A DNA stretch of 35,857 nucleotides from Clostridia bacterium (GTDB lineage Bacteria; Bacillota; Clostridia; Christensenellales; DTU072). Under the pieces are notes generated by a model, which searched no databases, was not told where the DNA came from, and worked only from the letters and a program-made list of their open reading frames with translations. The position numbers were made by a program, and so were the translations under genes. Shown one piece after another: positions 1-9,100 of the stretch. The stretch's first letter is position 1. Every line of letters starts with the position of its first letter. The stretch covers positions 1 through 35,857 of the forward strand of contig DATFIH010000152.1 in NCBI GenBank assembly GCA_035270205.1, given 5' to 3'.

Positions 1-365
1 AAGTTGTGTAAGATATTCAATGATATGTATGATATAAACGGTTCGAAAGCCTTGAAAATGCCTGAAATTTCACAGAATGGAAGTTGTTAGACATAATTAG
101 CTTGCCTCCTAAGTGAAAGACATGTAATTAGAATCTGAGCAGGAACACCAAAAATAACCGTAGCCTTTGCCAGAAGCTGTCGGTTTTTTTCGACCGAAAA
201 AATTTCTAATAATGTTCCCTATCCACACTTCATTTTACAACATTCCCCAAAGACGACAGGAGTTGTTTTCCAGGTTTGTCTTTTCGGGTTTTTAAGTGCC
301 AATAAGTCCCTTTTGAGATTTTGAAGGGTAAAAATATGGCTTTTTAGGTTGTTTTTGCCCTATTT

Positions 366-1730
366 TTACGGTTTCCTCGTGAGACAAACCAGGGTTTCAA
401 GGTGTTTTGTTTGGGGGAACATGTCGTAGGGGGTTATGCTTTGAATAGTGTAGTTTTTTAGTTCGGCTAGGTCTCTAGTCAGTGTCGCTGGATTGCAAGA
501 AATGTAAAAGAGTTTGTGCGGCACATTAAGTCCGTTAAGCGCCCTAATAACTTCGGCAGAACACCCTTTTCGAGGTGGGTCTATTATAATGTTTAGGTTG
601 CTATCTTTATTGTATTGGGTTCCCGTTATGTAATTTATTAACTTTGGCAGATGTTCGGCGGCATCGCCTAAAATATTTGTTATGCTTGATGATACGTTGT
701 TGGCTTTTGCCAACTTGTTGGCATCTTTTATAGCTTCTGGAATGATTTCTATATTGTAAACGGTTGCGCCACGCTTTGCTAAAACTGCCCCAATTAGACC
801 AACTCCGGCATACGCGTCTATTACTATATTGTCGCTTGTAGTTGTAATTTTCTCAATAATCCTATTATATATAAGATCACGAACCTCATTGTTAAGCTGT
901 AAAAATGAATATGGATTGACGGTAAAATCAATACCTAGTACGTTCACCGTAAAATCACGTTCTATCACGGGATATACCGTATTTCCCATAACTACATTAT
1001 TATGTTCTAATTTGGGACTTATGAATAACGAATAAGTATCGGAAAATTGGGCATCAAGCAACTCAACAAGTTTATCTGCATAGGGCAAATTTTGACTGTT
1101 TATCACCATAACTATGCTCATTTTGTTGTCACTATGTCTTACTACTAAATGCCGTAACAAGCCTTTTTTTGTGAAATCGTCATAGGCGGTAAGATTGTTG
1201 CCGTTGGCAAATTCCAAAACGACTGCAATAACTTTTTCTACCCAGCTTTCATGCAAAAAACACTTGGTAATTGATACTATTTTGTGGGTATTTTCTTTAT
1301 AAAAACCTACGGCAACCTTGCCGTTTATCGTACCGAATGGTAGTTGGATTTTGTTGCGATAGCCAAGTTGTTTTGGGCTTGGAACGGTTGGCTCCACAAT
1401 AAAATCTATTTTAGCGTTTTTCTTTAGTAAATTAATTAAATTTTGTCTTTTTATCTCTAGTTGTGTAGCATATTCTATATGCATCAAATCACAACCGCCA
1501 CAACGCATAAAACGGTTGCAACCGACGTTTATTCTGTTTTTACTTGGAATGATAATTTCTAATAATTTGGCAAAAACAAGGTTCCTTTTAACGTGTGTCA
1601 CCTTTGCCTTTATGGTTTCTCCCGAAATTGCGAAAGGCACAAAAACAGTAAAACCTTCTATTTCTCCTATTCCTTCACCCTTCATCCCATAATCAGTAAC
1701 TTCTAAAGTTATGATATCGTCTTGCTTCAT
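366..1730 (-). CDS. rlmCD: 23S rRNA (uracil-C5)-methyltransferase, RumA/RlmCD family (TRAM domain, Fe-S cluster, SAM methyltransferase)
   Basis: The N-terminus is TRAM-like (ITLEVTDYGMKGEGIGEIEGFTVFVPFAISGETIKAKV). The Cys cluster CNRFMRCGGC (C-x5-C-x2-C) plus a later ITKCF matches the RumA Fe-S ligands. SAM motif I is DAYAGVGLIG, followed by DPPRKG and the catalytic YISCNPATLTRD. The track ORF starts at a TTG at 1763. I prefer the ATG at 1730, which is preceded by AAGGGGA with a 5-nt spacer. Confidence 0.85.
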   Translation of the reverse strand: MKQDDIITLEVTDYGMKGEGIGEIEGFTVFVPFAISGETIKAKVTHVKRNLVFAKLLEIIIPSKNRINVGCNRFMRCGGCDLMHIEYATQLEIKRQNLINLLKKNAKIDFIVEPTVPSPKQLGYRNKIQLPFGTINGKVAVGFYKENTHKIVSITKCFLHESWVEKVIAVVLEFANGNNLTAYDDFTKKGLLRHLVVRHSDNKMSIVMVINSQNLPYADKLVELLDAQFSDTYSLFISPKLEHNNVVMGNTVYPVIERDFTVNVLGIDFTVNPYSFLQLNNEVRDLIYNRIIEKITTTSDNIVIDAYAGVGLIGAVLAKRGATVYNIEIIPEAIKDANKLAKANNVSSSITNILGDAAEHLPKLINYITGTQYNKDSNLNIIIDPPRKGCSAEVIRALNGLNVPHKLFYISCNPATLTRDLAELKNYTIQSITPYDMFPQTKHLETLVCLTRKP

Positions 1731-1785
1731 TTGTTTCCCCTTATTTTTTCTATTATAAAACAAAACCTAGGGCAAGTCAATTGGG

Positions 1786-2919
1786 TTAACCTGCTAGCGG
1801 TATCTTCCTTTGATCTATATTGTTGCTATTGTTTTCAACACTTGCTTGATTTTCTGTGAGGAAACCAAAATCTCCGTCTCCGTCTACATATAAAAGTATA
1901 TTCCCATGCCTATTGGTACGGTAAGTCGCTATACCGTAGTTATCCAATCTTTCCATTACAACATCATCAGGATGACCATACGAAGTGCCGTCATCACAAC
2001 TAATTACTGCATATTCTGCATCGATAAACTCCAAAAAGAATTCACTTGTCGAAGTGTCGGAGCCATGGTGCCCAACCTTGAGTACGTCTATATCTTTATA
2101 AGGTGTGCCCAGCTCGCTGATAAACCATTGTTCAGTATCAACTCCTGCATCGCCTGTTAATAGTATTCGCCTGCCTCCATACTCTAACATACAAACAATC
2201 GACTGATTGTTTTTTTCGTCAGCGCTTGAAAAGGCTGAGTCACCGCAGCAGTATATGGTAACTTTGTATCCTGCCCCCTCGATAACGTACGTTGCCGAAT
2301 TGTTATCAACTTCATTTAAATTAATATTTTCTTCCGCGGCAAGCACTTCTAAAAGCTCATTGTAGGTTGTGCCAGTATATTCATTATAATATGTGTTTTG
2401 TACTTCATAGTCTTCTACAACCTTTTTTAACATATTATAGTGGTCGGTATCCGGATGCGTAATTACCATATATTCGATTAATTTATTATCGGTAATATCA
2501 TCTAAATACTGTAAATATTCTGTCCTGAATTCGCTCAGACCATTAGACGTAGTGCCACTGTCTATAATCATAGTTTTGCGATCGGGGAAATTGATAACAA
2601 TTGCATCCCCTTGACCTATATCAATAAAATGCACCTCTAATAAATTTTCGGTGTCAAAATTTGAAGGCAGAATAATATTTCCTTTGCCGCTTAAAATCGA
2701 CGTGAAAACTTTTCCGTCAGTTGGAGTTGTTTGCGTTGTTGGCTGTTCTGGTTGTTCGTTTGCTAATTGCTCTAAATAATTTGTTATGTAATTGTTTAGC
2801 TTATTGTCGGTAGTTAGGATAACTAAAGCAACTATTATAAGAACCGCAACTACGCAAAATATTATTATTTCTTTTTTGGAAATCTTCTTTTTTGAGACTG
2901 ATTTTTTTCTTGCCATCAT
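1786..2919 (-). CDS. Membrane-anchored MBL-fold hydrolase resembling the ComEC/Rec2 C-terminal beta-lactamase-like domain
   Basis: It has a basic N-terminus and one hydrophobic helix (IIIFCVVAVLIIVALVIL). MBL motifs follow: FIDIGQGDA, ITHPDTDHYN (HxDxDH), LLTGDAG, KVGHHGS. There are two ATGs in tandem (2919 and 2916), and the GGAG lies 3 or 6 nt upstream, so 2916 is an alternative start. Confidence 0.75.
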   Translation of the reverse strand: MMARKKSVSKKKISKKEIIIFCVVAVLIIVALVILTTDNKLNNYITNYLEQLANEQPEQPTTQTTPTDGKVFTSILSGKGNIILPSNFDTENLLEVHFIDIGQGDAIVINFPDRKTMIIDSGTTSNGLSEFRTEYLQYLDDITDNKLIEYMVITHPDTDHYNMLKKVVEDYEVQNTYYNEYTGTTYNELLEVLAAEENINLNEVDNNSATYVIEGAGYKVTIYCCGDSAFSSADEKNNQSIVCMLEYGGRRILLTGDAGVDTEQWFISELGTPYKDIDVLKVGHHGSDTSTSEFFLEFIDAEYAVISCDDGTSYGHPDDVVMERLDNYGIATYRTNRHGNILLYVDGDGDFGFLTENQASVENNSNNIDQRKIPLAG

Positions 2920-2946
2920 TAGCTCCTACCGTGTTTCTATTCTTCT

Positions 2947-2975
2947 ATTATATGGGTTTTCCGTGCGTTTTGCAA
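2947..2975 (-). promoter_or_regulatory. Sigma-A-type promoter for the MBL/rlmCD transcription unit (TTGCAA-17 nt-TATAAT on the minus strand)
   Basis: Read on the minus strand: the -35 TTGCAA is at 2975-2970, the spacer is exactly 17 nt, and the -10 TATAAT is at 2952-2947. This lies about 30 nt upstream of the start codon and RBS. Confidence 0.5.
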
Positions 2976-3127
2976 TTGATATTTTGAATTGGTTGGAGAG
3001 AGATTCATTATTGACAAAACACTATAATAGTAGTAGTATATATTATATATTTAACGCGCACGCCTGACAATACGTATGAGTGTTGCGCGTGGAAAAGCAT
3101 ATATAGACGGGAGAAAACAACTTAGAT

Positions 3128-3190
3128 TTGAAACGATTATTACCTATTTTTATATTACTGTGCTTTTTACTTGCTGTTATCGTTGGCTGC
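3128..3190 (+). other. Lipoprotein signal peptide with lipobox Cys (codon 21, TGC at 3188-3190)
   Basis: The sequence is MKRLLPIFILLCFLLAVIVGC. It has a basic n-region, a hydrophobic h-region and an L/V-x-G-C lipobox. Confidence 0.7.
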
Positions 3191-6100
3191 ACGTCTATTG
3201 GTGGTATAACTATTACTTACGATAGCATGGGTGGTAACAAAATATCCCCCCTTAGCATATATAGTGACACTACCGAACTGGAACTGAAAGATCCACAGCG
3301 AGAAGGGTATGACTTTAAGGGTTGGTATTATGACTCTAGCCACACATCTATGGTCAATAAAAACGATATTCCCAGCGAAAACATAACTATCTATGCAAAA
3401 TGGTCCATTAAACAAATTACCATAACTTTTTATGACGAAAATAGCTCTGCGTTTGCATGGGAACATGTAGATTATGGCAGTTCACTTTCATATAGCGATT
3501 TACCTAACCCTCCCGCAAAGCCTGGGCATACTGCTATGTGGCAATACAATACCGATGGTGTAAAAGTTACGTCATCCGAGCTTGCAAATATTAAAGAAGA
3601 CTTCAGCCTTAAAGTGTTTTATACCTTAAACTTAGGGAGCGTTGCTTATTACGTAAGCGATCAGGACCTTGATCCTGAGTATTCTTACCTTGAAGCAGAC
3701 GGAGCAACAGTAAATGGCTACAAAATATTTAGCTATAATAAAGGTACGCCCGAAGATGCAATAGACAAGCCTGCAAACCCTTACAAAGAAGGTTTTTATT
3801 TCCTTGGTTGGTTTTACGATAAAGAACATACTCAAAAATGTATTAATTTGCCCGAGGCTATCCCCTATTCCAATTCCAATATCGTTTTGTACGCTCATTT
3901 TGTGAACGTATCCGAAATGTATAAATATATGACCTATGATACTATCACCGTTGGAGGTGAAAGTTGTTATCGCGTAATTGGACTTACCCCGCAAGGAAAA
4001 AATCAAGATACTATCGTAATCCCCGACTTTATTAATGGCATAAAAGTTGTTGCAATCGGTCGAGAGTATACAAGCGGTTCAGCCGATAACTATCGTGTGT
4101 TTGATGGCAGTTACCTAACAAATATTACTATACCAAATACCGTTACATCCATAGGAAGTTTTGCTTTTATGGGAAGTACCAGACTTAAAGCTGTTTCTAT
4201 TGACGGAAACAATCTTGTTTCTATTGGAACAGGCGCGTTCTCTGGATGCAAAGGTTTAACGGAAATAAACTTGCCAGATAGCGTTGTGACAATTGGCGCT
4301 TACGCTTTTGCAGGTATTACTAAAGTTAATTCCACCAGTGCAATACAAGTTGAATTCGGTGTAGATGCCGAAGAATGGAGTCAGCTTGACAAATGGTATT
4401 TTACCGAAATGTCGCTTGAAAAATTTAACATCACTAAAACTAGTGTTTTGAGCAATTTAAGACCATATGCGTTCTATAATACTTCGTGTCTAACGTCCAT
4501 AAGTATTCCCAACAGCCTAACGGAAGTTGATTATACTATGTTTGACGGCAGTTTTTTACAGGATATAACAATTTATGTGGGCAATACAGATTTGATCAAC
4601 GTTGATGACGCAATATACTCGCTGGACAAAACAATGTTATTCTATTATCCAATGTATGGCGCTACAGATTTTGTTTTACACGCAAACACAACAAGTATCG
4701 CGCCCTATGCTTTTTATAACAATAAAACTATCCAAAGGGTACTTTTTAACGATAGTTTGACTACAATAGGAGCTTATGCTTTTGAAAATGCTAAACTTCT
4801 TGAAAGCATAACTATGAATACCGCTTGCGCGCTTGCCTCTATCGGAAACTATGCTTTTTCGGGTTGTGAAAATCTCGATGGCGTGGAATTTTCATCCTAC
4901 CTAAATACAATAGGTGAAGGCGCCTTCAAAAATTGTAAAAACATAACTAATGTAACTTTTACGGGCAACAGCCTTAACGCTATATTGAAATATACCTTTT
5001 TAGGATGCACCAGTTTGGACAACGTAGTTATCCCTTCCAATGTAAAGAGCATTGGCGATTACGCTTTTTATGGTTGTTTGTCGCTAAAAAATCTTAATAT
5101 GAATAACGAAACTTCTATAATGAATACAATAGGCTCCTACGCTTTTTCTGAGTGTATCAATCTTGAACCGATTGTTTTGCCCTATAACATAACGAGCATT
5201 GAAAGTTACGCATTTGCAAGCATAGATAACTATATGAATTTAGACGTTGACTTATACAAAACTCAACTAATTTCCATAGGCGCGTATGCGTTTAAGAATT
5301 GTCGCGGAATGAGCACTGTGAACCTACCACAGACTTTGCAAAGCATTGGCGAAGGCGTTTTCGAAAACTGCACAGGGCTGTTCTCCGCTTCATTCAACAG
5401 CACACCCCTTCTTGTGGAAATACCTTACAAACTTTTTTATAACTGTACAAATATAAGGAATACGATTTATTTCCCTAATAATGTCGAAACCGTAGGCGAC
5501 TATGCTTTTTACAATTGTTCGTCAATTATTACTATTCGTTTTAATAAAGTTAAAAGCATTGGACTTAGCGCGTTCGAAAACTGCGCCGCTTTGCGTGAAG
5601 GCAACAGTTCGGAGGATTATATTTTACCCTCTATGCTCGAAACTATAGGCGAAAGAGCTTTTGCCAACTGTTCTAGCCTTGTCAGCATACATATCCCGAA
5701 CACACTGACGGCAATAAGCAGCGAAGTGTTTATGGACTGTTCAGCGCTGACTGACATAAATTATAATGCCAATTATATACTCGAAACCATTGGTGAAAAT
5801 AGCTTTGCTAATTGCACTTCTTTAACCTCATTTGCAATTCCATCAACACTAAAACAACGTGGAGAAAATTCCGGCTTTATTAAAAATCCTTTCTACGGTT
5901 GCAGCGCTTTATTGAATTTTGTATTATACCCACCAAATATCAACAACTTAATAGTCATTGACGGTATAATTTTTGAACAAACTTCTACTTTTGAAACGGC
6001 TCCACTTTATTCGCTTTATGCGTATCCGACAGGTCGTGGCCAATCGTACGATGTGCTCACCAACGTTAGTCATATAAGCGATTACGCATTTTACGGCAGT

Positions 6101-9100
6101 GCAATTTCCGCGCTTTCTTTTACTGCATCAACGCCCGAATCAACCAGAGAACTTATCACTTTAACAAAGATTGGCAAGTACGCTTTTGCCGACTGTAACA
6201 ATCTAACATCAGTGCTTATATCCAAAAGAATTTACGCAATTGATGATTATGCTTTTTACAACTGTAAAGCCTTAAACTCTCTTATTATAGATGAATCATA
6301 CGCATCAGACGGCGGACTGACCGAAACTATTGGCGTATATTACCAGGTTACAAACATAGGTGAAAATCAAAATAACAATAACCTTTTAAACATAGGCGAA
6401 TATGCTTTCGGTCGTATTGCTATTACCTCACTTGAGATAGCGCCTAGAATTATTAATATAAATGAGGGTGCTTTCAGCGATTGCTACTCATTGCTATCAA
6501 TAAACTTTATTGATTCATTTGATACCAATCTACTCAATATCGGCCCTTACGCATTCTATGCAGACAGTGGACTTACTTCGCTGGAGCTGCCTATACATTT
6601 ACAATCGATTGGCGAATACGCTTTTTCTTATTGTGTAAACGTACGTACTATCAATTTTAAAACGAGTCTTTCGGCAAATGGCGGCGAACAAGTTGTTTTG
6701 GATATTGGCGCATATGCTTTCCAAAACTGCCACTTCTTATATACGCTTAACCTGCCCTCTTCGTTAAACTCTTTAGGTGAAGGTGTGTTTAGCTATGCGT
6801 CTAGATTAAAATACGTAAATTTCGCACCCGAACTCAATCTGTCGAGAACTTCGCTCGATATACCGTCACTAGCATTTTTAGGTGATGCCGATATAGAAAC
6901 AATATCTATCCCATCCTACATAACAAATATAGGAGAAAAAGCTTTTTATGAATTGACACTTAACGAAATTAGCTTTTTAACTTCCAACTTGGATGAGGAT
7001 TTGCGCTTTGGAAATTATGCATTTGCCAACCTTAATGAGCTTACATCCATAGACTTGCCTGACAGACTAGTGGAAATAGGCAATCATACCTTTGAAAACA
7101 GCAATATCTCAACGATAACTTATAGCAACGGCGGAAGAAGTTTATCCATAGGCGATTATGCGTTTAATAATATAAAAATTAAAGAAATCTTGATAAATGG
7201 TCGTATTTCTTCAATTGGAACGTATGCCTTTAGCAATACTACTCTGCTAGAAAAAGCAAGCTATGTAGACCATTCCGACCTTAGTATCGCTGATTATACC
7301 TATTATGGCTCGGCTCTTAAAGAAATTACCTTTGACAGCATTCCTGATACTGCAACTATTGGTAGCTACGCTTTTTACGGAACTCACAACCTTACAATTG
7401 TATCTTTAAGTGGCAATGGTACTACCCTTGAAGCAACGTCATCAATAACTATCGGCTCTTATGCTTTTTATAACAGCGCAATCGGTTCTGTTTCTTTAAT
7501 AAGCAATAGCATCGAGATTGGCGATTATGCCTTTAATAATACTCATCTGAAATCAGTTAACGTCAATGCTGCCACAATTGAGATTGGCAACCTTGCCATT
7601 GCTAACAACTTGTTGCTATCTTCATTAATAATAAATGCAAGTGGCGCAATTACTAAGTTGGGTATTGGTTTTGCAAGCTCTAATCCTAATTTACAAGATA
7701 TAGACCTTACAGATACTAGTTCAACATATGATGTTGCTGACGGCGTTGTTTATAAAGGAAATACCTTACTTTTATATCCTGCTGGAAAGGTGGGCGCAAC
7801 ATACAAATACAGATACATAGCCGAATATGAAGAATATGTTTTAACTATGGAAGACCCACTTGATATGCAAGAATATTACGATATATATTACACCAAAGAA
7901 GGAGGAACTTATACTCGACTTACAGCGGCACCTAGCGCTTGGGCGGAAAATACCTATTATGAAAAAACGGTAAGAATTGCGCCCTATGCTTTTGCTGGGA
8001 ATTCGCATATTAGGAACCTTGTTTTAGAAAGTGGCACTACGACTGTTGACAGAAATGCTTTAAGTTTTGTAGAAAACTCGCCTAGTCTTACGTTCTTTAC
8101 CCCTGCAGAGTTGGTAGATGAATATATCAATGATTGGAGAATTACAAACTTTGCGCCTATCAGTGAAAACCTTAACGGTATGGTGTTGAAGTTGCTAATT
8201 GGCGACCGTTATTCTTTGGAAAAATATACTGGCGATGACGTGCAAATTACTATTAATAGCAAAATATTGGATGGAGAAAAAACCTATAATATTGTAAGCA
8301 TTGCCGATGAGGCGTTTAAACAAAACATATCGATTACGAGCATAACCTTAGGACCCGGCATTGAAAAGGTAGGTAAGTACGCTTTTGCAAACTGTACCAA
8401 CCTTGTAGAGTTCGTTGTCGGTTCTATGCTTACAACTATTGATATCCATGCGTTCCAAAACTGTGTTAATTTGCAATCAGTTACCTTTAACAACGCGATA
8501 AAATATATCAACAATTTTGCTTTTGAAAACTGTATTTTATTAGACAATGTAGTTTTACCCGACTCTGTCCAAACTATTGGTCAGTATGCTTTTACAAACT
8601 GCACATCCTTGTCCAGTATTTCTTTAGGTAACGGTTTGACTTCTATTTTGGATAATAGCTTTGAAAACTGTTCAAATTTAGTAAGCATTTCCATACCTGC
8701 AAGCGTAACGGAAATTTACGGATACGTTTTTGCAAACTGCAACAAACTATCCTATATTTATATAAATAGCAAAGCTGTTCCCACCCTTAAGAAAAATGGT
8801 TTTGCTCAAACGCTAGAAGGCTTACGCATACTTGTTCCACAAAACCTGATGGAAAGGTTTATATCGGCAACTAACTGGAGAGATTACACCAATAAAATTT
8901 TGCCTATTGAATACATGTGCCAAGTAGACGGATTCGAAGACTATATTATAAAAAGAATAAGCGGAACAAATTATCGACTTGTAGGCTATCTGGGCAATGA
9001 AGCAAACGTAAATATTGCATCCTACATATCTAATGACATAAACATTACCGAGATAGGAAGTTATGCACTAAACCATTTTGCCGTAACTGTAAATGTGGCA

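Noticed and set aside
203-215. The 13-mer TTTCTAATAATGT is repeated at 33934-33946.
   Set aside because: In 36 kb of AT-rich sequence, several 13-mer coincidences are expected by chance. There is no flanking similarity.
3246-3251. C6 homopolymer near the 5' end of the LRR gene, considered as a possible slipped-strand phase-variation tract.
   Set aside because: Six residues is too short for efficient slippage. There are no other simple repeats in the 5' region or promoter, and the short TA runs at 3037-3050 are also too short.
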